Source: Lachnospiraceae bacterium
GTDB lineage: Bacteria; Bacillota; Clostridia; Lachnospirales; Lachnospiraceae
DNA length: 64,000 nt
Reading direction: 5' to 3'
Assembly: GCA_022800815.1 (NCBI GenBank)
Contig: JAAWRC010000011.1
Coordinates: 13,587 to 77,586, forward strand
The notes under the pieces are model-generated. The model searched no databases and had not been told where the DNA came from. It was given only the letters and a program-made list of their open reading frames with translations. A program made the position numbers and the translations under genes. Each line of letters begins with the position of its first letter. Position 1 is the first letter of the stretch. Below, one piece after another: positions 9,390 to 18,457 of the stretch.

Positions 9390-10420
9390 TGTATGTAGGA
9401 CGATTCATTGGAAACTGGTGTTATACGGCCGAAAAATCCCCTAATAGCTCCGTATGTATCACCGGATTATCCGGGAGCGGAAAAACGTGCCGGCTGAACC
9501 AGATCGAGCTGGAGGAAGTGAGACTGGGGGCTACGGTTCTGGTCTTTGACCTTCACAGAAGCCATGCGGAAGATCAGGTTTTTGGCGAAATACGAGAGCG
9601 ATATTTGCCGTATGTAAATCGGATTTCAGTCCTCCGGGACGGACTGGCGCTGCCTTTGTTTACGCCGCTCCGTGATGCTTATGGGCGGGAGGAACCCTAT
9701 GTTCACCTGGTAAATTCGGCGGTCCAGGCGCTGGGCGGTACGTTCCGGTCAGCGTCACGTCAGATCGGTGCATTGCGGTCAGCGGTTGAACAGGTGGTGA
9801 AATCGCCTGACGGACGGTATAACCCGGCGGAGGCTTTGTCCTTCTTTCTGGCTGCGCAGGAGACTCAGGCTGCGGATGCCGTCTATGAGAAGTTGTGGAC
9901 GGTGCTCAACTGTAATGCACTGCGTCCGGGTACAAAAAAGATAGAAAACGGAAAGATTAATATCCTGGATTTTTCGGAGGGGGATATGCTCACGCAGAGT
10001 GTCCTCGCAAAATTGACGCTGGCCTGTATCTGGAGGTATGCGCTGTACTCGAGGACCATGGAGGAAAAGCCGAATATTGTTTTGGCACTGGATGAGTTTC
10101 AGCACCTGTCCTTAAAGCCGGATTCCACCCTTTGCCATCTGCTCAGGGAGGGACGGAAGTTCGGGATCAGCTTGTTGCTGGCGACTCAGACGCTGGAGGC
10201 ATTTTCTAAGGAGGCGAAGACCCTGTTAAATCAGACCGCCACAAGGCTGTATTTCCGGCCGACACTTGAAGAAATCCGGAAAATAGCGAAGGGGATCGAC
10301 CAGGAGAAGGTGACGGAATGGGTGAAGATTTTGCAGAGGCTCCAGGTCGGAGAATCACTGGCGGTTGGCAATTTATGTATTGGCGGACGGGATGTCATTC
10401 GCCCGGTCGTGTTGAAATGA
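9389..10420 (+). CDS. HerA/VirB4/TraG-like P-loop ATPase
   Basis: Walker A GLSGSGKT, Walker B LALDEFQ, REGRKFG..LLLATQ motif; RBS AAAGGAG. Confidence 0.85.
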   Translation: MYVGRFIGNWCYTAEKSPNSSVCITGLSGSGKTCRLNQIELEEVRLGATVLVFDLHRSHAEDQVFGEIRERYLPYVNRISVLRDGLALPLFTPLRDAYGREEPYVHLVNSAVQALGGTFRSASRQIGALRSAVEQVVKSPDGRYNPAEALSFFLAAQETQAADAVYEKLWTVLNCNALRPGTKKIENGKINILDFSEGDMLTQSVLAKLTLACIWRYALYSRTMEEKPNIVLALDEFQHLSLKPDSTLCHLLREGRKFGISLLLATQTLEAFSKEAKTLLNQTATRLYFRPTLEEIRKIAKGIDQEKVTEWVKILQRLQVGESLAVGNLCIGGRDVIRPVVLK

Positions 10421-10452
10421 AACCCGAAATAAAAACGAAAAGGAGAAAAATC

Positions 10453-10653
10453 ATGAAAATCGAAGTACCCGTTTGGCAAAAGTATACCTTATCAATTGAA
10501 GAAGCTGCAGAATATTTCCGAATCGGTCAGAAGCGTCTGCGTTGTCTTGCGGATGAAAATCCGGAGGCGGACTTCCTGCTGTTCATTGGGAATCGCGTGC
10601 AGATCAAACGGAAGTTGTTTGAAAAATATATTGATGCCGCAAACGTTGTTTAA
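10453..10653 (+). CDS. xis: Tn916-type excisionase
   Basis: VPVWQKYTLSIEEAAEYFRIG..KLR pattern; RBS AGGAG; lies directly upstream of the integrase. Confidence 0.9.
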   Translation: MKIEVPVWQKYTLSIEEAAEYFRIGQKRLRCLADENPEADFLLFIGNRVQIKRKLFEKYIDAANVV

Positions 10654-10760
10654 GTGAAAAATGAATAGCATAAGAAAATCTGCATGACACAGAGGCCCCG
10701 ATATGGTACACTGGAAGAGTCATGTCGGGGCCTTTCCAAAATGGAAAGGAGTTCGATATT

Positions 10761-11957
10761 TTGTCTGGAAAGAGAAAGGATAAGAGAGGACGAGTTTTAC
10801 GCAATGGGGAAATCCAGAAGTCCGATGGCCGATACCGTTATAAGTATACGGACGCTTTTGGTGAGGTACGGTATGTTTACTCCTGGAGATTGGATAAAAA
10901 TGACCGTATCCCGGTAGGGAAAAAGTGGGAGCCCTCTTTGCGGGAAAAGGAGAAGCAGATCACGGCGGACATGTTTGACCGAATCGTGCCGGAGGGCGGG
11001 GGACTGACCGTCATAGAGCTGGTAAAGAAGTATGTGTCTTTGAAAACCGGAGTGCGTCCCACGACAGAAATGGGATATCAGACTGTCATCAATCTGTTGG
11101 AGCGGGAACGCTTTGGGTGCCAGCGGATTGACAAGGTGAAGCTTTCGGATGCCAAGGCATGGCTGATACAGCTCCAAAAGGATGGGAGAGGATTCAGCTC
11201 GATCCGTACCATCCGGGGCGTACTGCGGCCGGCCTTCCAGATGGCGGTGGATGACGACCTGATCCGCAAGAATCCATTTGGCTTTGAGCTGGCCTCGGTG
11301 ATCTATAACGACAGCGTCACGAGGGAGGCGCTTACCAGAGATCAGGAGCGGAGATTTTTAAAGTTTGTAAAAGAGGATCCACATTTTAAGCGGTATTATG
11401 ACGGGATTTACATTCTTTTTCATACGGGGCTTCGGATTTCTGAATTCGTGGGGCTGACAAAGGCGGATATTGACTTTAAGAACAGAAAGATCCATGTGGA
11501 ACGTCAGTTACAGCGGTATGTAAGGATTGGGTACTGTGTGATTGGGCCGAAGACAGAAAGCGGAGTGCGGCAGGTTCCCATGACCGAAGAGGTGGCAGAA
11601 TGTTTCCGCCGGATCCTGAAAGAGCGGAAGGATCCGAAGGTGGAGCCGATGATTGACGGCCACACAGGATTTTTGTATCTGGATAAAAACGGAATGCCCA
11701 TGGTGGCCTTGCACTGGGAAAAGTATTTTCAGCACATCTGCCAGAAATACAACAGCATTTATAAGCTGCAGATGCCAAGGGTCACTCCCCATGTATGCCG
11801 CCATACCTTCTGCAGCAGGATGGCAGCGGCCAGGATGAATCCCAAGACGCTGCAGTACATCATGGGACATGCGGATATCGGTGTCACGCTGAACACCTAT
11901 ACACATTTTGAATTTGAGGAAATCAGTGAAGAGATGTACAGGGTGTCGGGCGAGTAG
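10761..11957 (+). CDS. int: Tn916-family tyrosine integrase
   Basis: TTG start after GAAAGGAG. N-terminal arm-binding domain KRKDKRGRVLRNGE; catalytic TGLRISE, PKT, HVCRH, GH, TYTH all intact. Confidence 0.95.
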   Translation: MSGKRKDKRGRVLRNGEIQKSDGRYRYKYTDAFGEVRYVYSWRLDKNDRIPVGKKWEPSLREKEKQITADMFDRIVPEGGGLTVIELVKKYVSLKTGVRPTTEMGYQTVINLLERERFGCQRIDKVKLSDAKAWLIQLQKDGRGFSSIRTIRGVLRPAFQMAVDDDLIRKNPFGFELASVIYNDSVTREALTRDQERRFLKFVKEDPHFKRYYDGIYILFHTGLRISEFVGLTKADIDFKNRKIHVERQLQRYVRIGYCVIGPKTESGVRQVPMTEEVAECFRRILKERKDPKVEPMIDGHTGFLYLDKNGMPMVALHWEKYFQHICQKYNSIYKLQMPRVTPHVCRHTFCSRMAAARMNPKTLQYIMGHADIGVTLNTYTHFEFEEISEEMYRVSGE

Positions 11958-12149
11958 CCGAAGAGAAGGGGTGGAAATTCCGGGTGCACGGCCGGGGTGC
12001 ATGCACCTGGATTTACACCTTTCCGGGAATGGGATATGCCGCAGGCTGCCGCTTTATACCAGAAATAGAAAAAGCGATAGCTTCTGCCAAAAGCCAGAGA
12101 GAACAGGCTTTGCAGGGCCATGAGAAAGAATGAAAGGATAGGAAAAAGG

Positions 12150-12620
12150 ATGATAAAAGTATTGTTTGTCTGTCATGGCAACATTTGCCGTTCCCCAATG
12201 GCCCAGTACGTGTTACAGTACATGGTAGGTAAGCGGGGCCTTTCGGACCTGTTCGAGATCGACTCGGCGGCGACCAGCTACGAGGAGATCGGGAACGGGA
12301 TCCATCACGGGACCAGAAGCAAGCTGCGTTCCCTGGGAATTCCCGTGGGAAACCACAGGGCCAGGAGGATGGAGAGGGGCGACTATGAGAGATATGACTA
12401 TCTGATCGGGATGGAGAAATACAATATCTCCAACATGTACCGGATCCTGGGGATGCGGCCGGAGGAGGACGAGGAACACAAGGTTTGGAGGCTGCTGGAT
12501 TTCGGGCGGCGGCCCAGGGACATTGCGGACCCATGGTACACGGGGAATTTTGACGTGACCTACGAGGATATCGTGGAAGGGTGCGAGGCCCTTCTCGAAT
12601 ACGTTCTCAGGGATGCCTGA
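12150..12620 (+). CDS. Low-molecular-weight protein-tyrosine phosphatase
   Basis: P-loop CHGNICRS and DIADPWY motifs. Confidence 0.95.
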   Translation: MIKVLFVCHGNICRSPMAQYVLQYMVGKRGLSDLFEIDSAATSYEEIGNGIHHGTRSKLRSLGIPVGNHRARRMERGDYERYDYLIGMEKYNISNMYRILGMRPEEDEEHKVWRLLDFGRRPRDIADPWYTGNFDVTYEDIVEGCEALLEYVLRDA

Positions 12621-12705
12621 CCGAAAGGATGTCTGTATGGTCTGCGGCCGCTTTAAGGAAATCCGAAAGGATACCTGTATGGCCGTGGAGCCGTATTAAG
12701 GAAAT
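12621..12705 (+). repeat. Imperfect 42/43-bp tandem duplication
   Basis: ccgaaaggatgtctgtatgg...taaggaaat (12621-12662) followed by ccgaaaggatacctgtatgg...taaggaaat (12663-12705). Confidence 0.8.
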
Positions 12706-13041
12706 CTTAAGGGAAAAAGTACGTCATGTAACGGGCGGGAAAGGCCCGGAAACGGAGATTTCATGCGTGGCTTGAAGGAAGCGATGCATGGAATCTTTAT
12801 TTTTTGGAAAAAAATATTAAGAAAGGATGGAATGTGGCAAGGAAATTTTAAAACTTTGGACACATAATGGACATAACCTTTTTCGTATACTGGCAGGAGA
12901 CGAAGGGGGAAAGGGCGAGGACGAGGGAGCCGAAACGGAGAATCCGGGACGGGGCCGGGACAAGACGTCCGGAGTGACGGAGTGAAAAAGCGACGGAGTG
13001 AAAAGCGGAGGATGGAATGACAGGAAAGGAATGGACAGCTT

Positions 13042-14298
13042 ATGATGGGATGGATTCGGGGCTTTAACTTTGCGGTGCTGGCGCTTCTCAGCCTCTCTTA
13101 CTTTTATCAGATCGTTTACGTGTTTGTCCGGTGGTTTTCCCGGACGAAGGAATTTGGGGCGGCGAAGCCCGGGCGCTATGCGGTGGTGATCTCTGCGAGG
13201 AATGAGAGTGCGGTGATCGGCGAGCTTCTGGAGAGCGTCCGGAAGCAGGATTACCCGCAGGAGCTTTTGGATGTCTACGTGGTGGCGGACAACTGCACGG
13301 ACAATACGGCACAGGTGGCGAGGAACCACAGGGCCGTCGTGTTCGAGCGTTTTGACCGCACGCAGGTGGGAAAGGGCTACGCCCTCAATTACCTGTTCGC
13401 CCAGATCGAGACCATGACCGGAATCGAGGCCTATGACGGGTATCTGGTGCTGGATGCGGACAACGTGCTGGACGAGAATTATATGAAGGAGATGAACAAG
13501 GTGTTTGCGGAGGGATATCCGGTGGTGACCAGCTACCGGAATTCCAAGAATTATGGCTCCAACTGGATTTCCGCCGGCTACGCCCTCTGGTTCCTTCGGG
13601 AATCGAAATACCTGAACGGGGCGAGGATGCAGTGCAAAACGAGCTGCGCCATTTCGGGCACGGGTTTTCTCATGTCCAGCAAGATCGTGCGGGCCAACAA
13701 CGGCTGGAAGCATCATCTCCTCACCGAGGACATTGAATTTTCCGTGGACAATGCCATCCGGGGAGAGGTGATCGGCTACTGCGAGAAGGCGGTGCTTTAC
13801 GACGAGCAGCCGGTGAATTTCAGGGAGTCCTGGCATCAGAGGATGCGCTGGACCAAGGGCTTTTATCAGGTGTTTGGCAAATACGGCGGGGAGTTGATCC
13901 GCAGCGCCATAAAAGAACACTGTTTTTCCAGCTATGACATGCTGATGACGGTGGCGCCGGCCACGCTGCTGACCCTTTTGACGCTCCTCGGAAACGGAAT
14001 GTTTGCTTTGGCGGGGATTCTTGTCGGGAGGCCCGCATGGACGGGGGCGACCCTGGCGGCCATGGGCGGCAATTTTTTCGGAATCTACCTGTCGTTGTTT
14101 TTCTTCGGGCTGGTCACGACTGTCAGCGAGTGGAGGCAGATTCACTGTGGAACGGGAAAAAAGCTGTTTTACATGTTCACGTTTCCGGTCTTCATCTTTA
14201 CCTATATTCCGATTGCGGTGGCGGCCTTGTTTCAGAGGGTCACCTGGGTGCCCATTCATCATACGATCGTAAAGAGCGTGAGCCAGATCAGGGGATGA
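13042..14298 (+). CDS. Processive family-2 glycosyltransferase (membrane-bound polysaccharide/glycolipid synthase-like)
   Basis: ARNE, DADN (DxD), TED and QRMRW (QxxRW) motifs plus C-terminal TM helices. Confidence 0.9.
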   Translation: MMGWIRGFNFAVLALLSLSYFYQIVYVFVRWFSRTKEFGAAKPGRYAVVISARNESAVIGELLESVRKQDYPQELLDVYVVADNCTDNTAQVARNHRAVVFERFDRTQVGKGYALNYLFAQIETMTGIEAYDGYLVLDADNVLDENYMKEMNKVFAEGYPVVTSYRNSKNYGSNWISAGYALWFLRESKYLNGARMQCKTSCAISGTGFLMSSKIVRANNGWKHHLLTEDIEFSVDNAIRGEVIGYCEKAVLYDEQPVNFRESWHQRMRWTKGFYQVFGKYGGELIRSAIKEHCFSSYDMLMTVAPATLLTLLTLLGNGMFALAGILVGRPAWTGATLAAMGGNFFGIYLSLFFFGLVTTVSEWRQIHCGTGKKLFYMFTFPVFIFTYIPIAVAALFQRVTWVPIHHTIVKSVSQIRG

Positions 14299-14373
14299 GG
14301 ATGTGCCTTTTTGAAGCGTGGAGAGAAAGAACCTGTGCGATTTCGGTCCCGAAAAATTTCGGGCCCAAATATA

Positions 14374-14422
14374 TTGACATATGCCAATAATTGCGGTAAA
14401 CTGTTTATAAGCATATGCCAAT
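14374..14422 (+). promoter_or_regulatory. Sigma70-type promoter with two CATATGCCAAT boxes
   Basis: TTGACA 14374-14379, 17-nt spacer, TAAACT 14397-14402. Identical 11-mers at 14378 and 14412. Confidence 0.7.
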
Positions 14423-14439
14423 TATAAGAGAGGATTCCC

Positions 14440-15225
14440 ATGCCAAGACCAAGCAAGAGCAAGTGCGTCAGCCGGATGCCCCGGTTCCGAAGATTTCAGC
14501 CTGCCGAACGGGAGGCACCGTCCGCAGACCGGAACAGGATTATCTTAAATGTGGAGGAATACGAGGTCCTGCGGCTTCTGGATTACGAGGGGCTTACCCA
14601 GGAGGAGTGTGCGGCGCGGATGGACGTGGGCAGGGCCACGGTGCAGGCTCTCTATGCGGAGGCCAGGAAAAAGATGGCCCGCTTTCTGGTGGAGGGCTCC
14701 TGCCTTCAGATCGAAGGGGGAAGCTACCGTCTGGCGGAAATGGGAAGGGCACGGGCGAAAGGAGAACAGGTTATGAAGATTGCGGTAACTTATGAAAACG
14801 GACAGATTTTCGGACATTTCGGGCACACGGAGCAGTTCAAGATCTATGAGACGGAGGACGGAAAGATTCTGTCATCCGAGATCGTGGACACCAATGGAAC
14901 GGGGCACGGAGCCCTGGCCGGATTTTTGAGGGAACACGGGGTGGAAACCCTGATCTGCGGCAACATCGGGGGCGGTGCGAGGAACGCCCTTGCGGAGGCA
15001 GGGATCCGCCTGTTCCCCGGCGCAGCGGGCGATGCGGATGCCCAGGTGGAATCTTTCCTGGCAGGCTCCCTGTCCTACGACCCGGATGCCATGTGCAGCC
15101 ACCACGGAGCGGACCACGTCTGCGGGGACCATGATCATCACGGAGAAGGGCATGGCGGCTGCGGCGGACACGGCCATCACGGAGAGGGGCATCATGGCGG
15201 ATGTGGCGGCCACGGCTGTCACTGA
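14440..15225 (+). CDS. DUF134 HTH fused to a NifB/NifX-family domain with His/Cys-rich tail
   Basis: MPRPSK...EEYEVLRLLDYEGLTQEECA (DUF134); MKIAVTYENGQIFGHFGH...LICGNIG (NifX-like); tail CSHH...CGGHGCH. Confidence 0.88.
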   Translation: MPRPSKSKCVSRMPRFRRFQPAEREAPSADRNRIILNVEEYEVLRLLDYEGLTQEECAARMDVGRATVQALYAEARKKMARFLVEGSCLQIEGGSYRLAEMGRARAKGEQVMKIAVTYENGQIFGHFGHTEQFKIYETEDGKILSSEIVDTNGTGHGALAGFLREHGVETLICGNIGGGARNALAEAGIRLFPGAAGDADAQVESFLAGSLSYDPDAMCSHHGADHVCGDHDHHGEGHGGCGGHGHHGEGHHGGCGGHGCH

Positions 15226-15240
15226 GACGGATAAAAGTAG

Positions 15241-15266
15241 GGGGCTGTCGAGAAAGAGACAGCCCC
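15241..15266. terminator. Hairpin between convergent genes
   Basis: ggggctgtc / gacagcccc 9-bp stem. Confidence 0.65.
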
Positions 15267-15287
15267 TGAATTGCGTGTGTCAGCCCG

Positions 15288-15926
15288 TTATTTTAAAAGC
15301 TCCTGCATGGAATCTGCGATGGAGGTCAGCATCAGGTAGCAGCTGGTGGCGCCTGCGTCCAGCACGCCCCGGCTTCTCTCGCCCAGACGGCTCGCACGGC
15401 CGATCTTTGCCACCATGTTCTCCGTGGCCTGCCAGCCCTCTTTGGCGGCTGCCTTCATATCGTCCAGGGCGGCGGCGAAATCCTTGCCGTCCTCCAGGGC
15501 CTTGCAGAAGGCGTCCCTTGCTGGAACCATGGCGTCCAGGAGGCATTTGTCGCCGGGTTTGGCGCCGCCGATGTCCATGACGCCGTCCACGGCGTTGCAG
15601 ATCATCTCCTTGAACACGTTCTCGTCGATGTCCTCCGCATCCTCGCAGGCCATGGACATCTCATCGAAAAACACGCCGTACAGAGGTCCCATGGAGCCGC
15701 CGATGTCCTCCATCAGGGTGGAGCTGAGGACGCTCAAGCCCTCGGACATGTTGTATTCTTTTCCGGCCAGCTTGTCGCCGGTCATGGTGAAGCCCTTGTT
15801 CATGTTGATGCCGTGGTCGCCGTCACCGATTTTTCCGTCGACCTCGCTCAAAAAGTCCTTGTTGGTCTGGATGGTCTTTATCAGGCCCGTTACGACCGAG
15901 GCGGCCGCACTGTTTTTAAATGACAT
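15288..15926 (-). CDS. dhaL: Dihydroxyacetone kinase family, L subunit
   Basis: GDGDHG, GGSMGPLYG, KIGRASRLG, DAGA motifs. Confidence 0.92.
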   Translation of the reverse strand: MSFKNSAAASVVTGLIKTIQTNKDFLSEVDGKIGDGDHGINMNKGFTMTGDKLAGKEYNMSEGLSVLSSTLMEDIGGSMGPLYGVFFDEMSMACEDAEDIDENVFKEMICNAVDGVMDIGGAKPGDKCLLDAMVPARDAFCKALEDGKDFAAALDDMKAAAKEGWQATENMVAKIGRASRLGERSRGVLDAGATSCYLMLTSIADSMQELLK

Positions 15927-15953
15927 AGTCGTTCTCCTTTTCGTCTCTTTCCC

Positions 15954-16952
15954 TTAAAGCTGCTTTAACCCAACGGAATCGGCGGGCATGTCGATGCACT
16001 CCTTAAGCTCGTCGTCCAGCTTCATGACGGTCAGGGTGACGCCCATCATCTCCAGGGAGGTGAAGTAATTGCCCACGTAAGCCTTGTAGACCTTGATTCC
16101 CTTTTCCGCCAGAAGCTCTTCCACCTTATTGTATACGATGTACTGTTCCATGACGGGGGTGGCGCCCAGTCCGGACAGGAGAACCACGACCTCGTCGCTG
16201 GAGGTGAAGGGCAGGTCGGGGAGAATGATGTCCACCATCTCCGCCGCCATCTCGTCGGCCGTCTTCAGAGGTTCCACCTTGATGCCGGGCTCGCCGTGGT
16301 GGCCGATGCCGACCTCCATGTTGCCGTCCTCAATGGTGAAGTTGGGATGTCCCACGGCGGGAATGGTGCAGGGGGCTGTGCCTATCCCTACGGAACGGGT
16401 GTTGTCAATGGCCTTCTGGGCGGCCGCAATGACGCCGTCCAGGTCCGCACCCATGGCGGCCTTGGCACCGCCGACTTTCCACATCAGGACCTCGCCGGCC
16501 ACGCCGCGCCGCTTCTCCAGCTCCGTCTTGGGGGCGGAAGCGCAGTCGTCATTGGCGACCACCGTCTTCACGGTGATGCCCTCCTTCTTTGCGCTGCGGA
16601 TGGCCATCTTGACATTCATGTTGTCGCCGGCATAGTTTCCGTAGAGGCAGGCAACGCCCTTTCCGGAGTCGGCGGCCTTCATGGCGTCCAGGAACGCCTT
16701 GGCGGTGGGGGAGGAGAAGATCTCCCCGGCGGCCACGGCGTCACAGAGGTTTTTGCCGATATAGCCGATGAATGCGGGCTTGTGGCCGGAGCCGCCGCCG
16801 GTCACGATGCCGACCTTGCCCTCCACGGGAGCGTTCACGTATTTCAGCACTCTGGGGTTGTCCGTGGCGGCAACCAGATCCTTGTTGGCCTTCACAAAGC
16901 CCTTTAACATATCCTCAACCACGAAATTGGGGTCGTTCACGATTCTGTTCAT
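15954..16952 (-). CDS. dhaK: Dihydroxyacetone kinase family, K subunit
   Basis: GGGSGH, GEIFSSP, NYAGD, RRGVAG, GHHGEPG; start MNRIVN at 16952. Confidence 0.92.
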   Translation of the reverse strand: MNRIVNDPNFVVEDMLKGFVKANKDLVAATDNPRVLKYVNAPVEGKVGIVTGGGSGHKPAFIGYIGKNLCDAVAAGEIFSSPTAKAFLDAMKAADSGKGVACLYGNYAGDNMNVKMAIRSAKKEGITVKTVVANDDCASAPKTELEKRRGVAGEVLMWKVGGAKAAMGADLDGVIAAAQKAIDNTRSVGIGTAPCTIPAVGHPNFTIEDGNMEVGIGHHGEPGIKVEPLKTADEMAAEMVDIILPDLPFTSSDEVVVLLSGLGATPVMEQYIVYNKVEELLAEKGIKVYKAYVGNYFTSLEMMGVTLTVMKLDDELKECIDMPADSVGLKQL

Positions 16953-16974
16953 AGATAAACTCCTTTTGTCAATG

Positions 16975-17427
16975 TTATTTCCGATAAGAAGCGTCCACCT
17001 CGTTGATTCTGGCGACCTTGGGAGTGGAGCCGCCGCCGGCGAAGTCACACTTTAACCAGATGTCCACCAGATATTTCGCCAGTTCCACGCCGATCACCCG
17101 CTCGCCCATGCACATGATCTGGGCGTCGTTGCTCTTTCTGGAGCGCTCGGTGGAGAAGGGGTCGTGGCAGACGGCCGCCCGGATGCCGGGCACCTTGTTG
17201 GCCGTAATGCACATGCCGATGCCGGTTCCGCACACCAGGATGCCCCGATCGTATTCCCCCCTGGCCACGGCTTCCGCCACCTTCTGCGCCACGTCGGGAT
17301 AGAGGATCACCTCGCCCTCGTCCGCTCCAAAGTCATGGTATTCAATGTCCTCTTTCGTATCCAGGTGTTTCATGACGGCCACTTTCAAAGCGTAAGCGGC
17401 CTCGTCACAGCCGATAGCAATCTTCAT
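16975..17427 (-). CDS. rpiB: RpiB/LacA/LacB family sugar-phosphate isomerase
   Basis: IAIGCD, CGTGIG, SRKSNDAQIMCMG motifs. Confidence 0.9.
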   Translation of the reverse strand: MKIAIGCDEAAYALKVAVMKHLDTKEDIEYHDFGADEGEVILYPDVAQKVAEAVARGEYDRGILVCGTGIGMCITANKVPGIRAAVCHDPFSTERSRKSNDAQIMCMGERVIGVELAKYLVDIWLKCDFAGGGSTPKVARINEVDASYRK

Positions 17428-17535
17428 TGTCAGATCTCACTTTCCTTTTGATGGGGACGAACCGTCCCCGCATATTTTGCGATGCATTTTGAAATGGCCC
17501 GCAGCGTCCCGCGGGCCGTAATAGCTTCCTATCAT

Positions 17536-18393
17536 TTACATGGCGTCGGCGATGGCTTTCAGGTTGGCCAGACCGTCCCGGGCCAGGTCCTCACCGGTGG
17601 GGGCGAAGCTGCGCCAGATCGCACAGTTGCCGGAAAGCTCCTCGAAGCTGGGATCGAAGGACTCGATGACCAGGGGGCCGTCGTAGCCGACCTCGTGGAC
17701 CGCCTGGAAGAATTCCCTGAAAGGAACCAGGCCGGTACCGGGAATGCCCCTGTCGTTCTCGTTTACATGGATGTAACCCAGATATTCCTTGCCGCAGGTC
17801 TTCACTGCACCCGCAAAGCTCTTCTCCTCCCGGATCATGTGGAAGCAGTCCAGATGAACCTTGATGTTGTCGCCGCCCACGTCCTTGCAGAACTTCACGG
17901 CATCCTCTGCGATGTTGAGGAAATGGGTCTCAAACCGGTTGACGCATTCCACGCAGATGGTCACGTTTCCGGTCTCTTTTGCGTAAGCCGTGTTCTCCTT
18001 CATGCATTCCACGGCCCAGGCCCACTCCTGCTCCGTGCGGGGTTTCTTGGTGAGATATCCCCACCCCGCATAGTTTACGCCGCCCAGAATGGGAGCGCCC
18101 AGGTAATTGCAGATGTCCACGCATTTCTTCATGGCGGCCACGGAAGCTTTCCGGATTTCCGGGTCGGGAGAAATGGGGTTGGTCTCCGGCGTCAGGGTCG
18201 TCGTGCACACGCAGTCGATGCCGACCTTGTCCAGTTCCGCCTTGACGGCTTCCGTGGGGAAGGTGAAGGGATTGGAGATGGCGAAGTCGATGACCTCAAA
18301 GCCCATCTCCTTGGCCTTGGGGATGACCCAGAGGTCCTTCTCGCTGAAGCTTTCCGCCCAGATAAAGCTGTCCACACCAAATTTAAAATACAT
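17536..18393 (-). CDS. Ketose 3-epimerase family (D-psicose/D-tagatose/L-ribulose 3-epimerase-like) TIM-barrel enzyme
   Basis: Metal ligands in ECVNRFE, LDCFH, HVNEND, IESF; GGAGG RBS before 18393. Confidence 0.85.
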   Translation of the reverse strand: MYFKFGVDSFIWAESFSEKDLWVIPKAKEMGFEVIDFAISNPFTFPTEAVKAELDKVGIDCVCTTTLTPETNPISPDPEIRKASVAAMKKCVDICNYLGAPILGGVNYAGWGYLTKKPRTEQEWAWAVECMKENTAYAKETGNVTICVECVNRFETHFLNIAEDAVKFCKDVGGDNIKVHLDCFHMIREEKSFAGAVKTCGKEYLGYIHVNENDRGIPGTGLVPFREFFQAVHEVGYDGPLVIESFDPSFEELSGNCAIWRSFAPTGEDLARDGLANLKAIADAM

Positions 18394-18457
18394 AAAATAT
18401 CCTCCATATGATTGACGGGCCGGTTCGCATTCGACGCACCGGCCCGTGCGCTGCGGA

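Larger units (their letters stand above)
1..12150. mobile_element. Right portion of an integrative element (Tn916-like tyrosine integrase plus excisionase); left end lies outside the window
   Basis: xis-int pair at the right edge, ATPase, XRE regulator and IS remnant inside. Visibly AT-richer than the sequence after ~12.1 kb. Right boundary is inferred. Confidence 0.75.

Noticed and set aside
12817-14421. 534-aa minus-strand ORF
   Set aside because: Antisense shadow of the GT2 gene.
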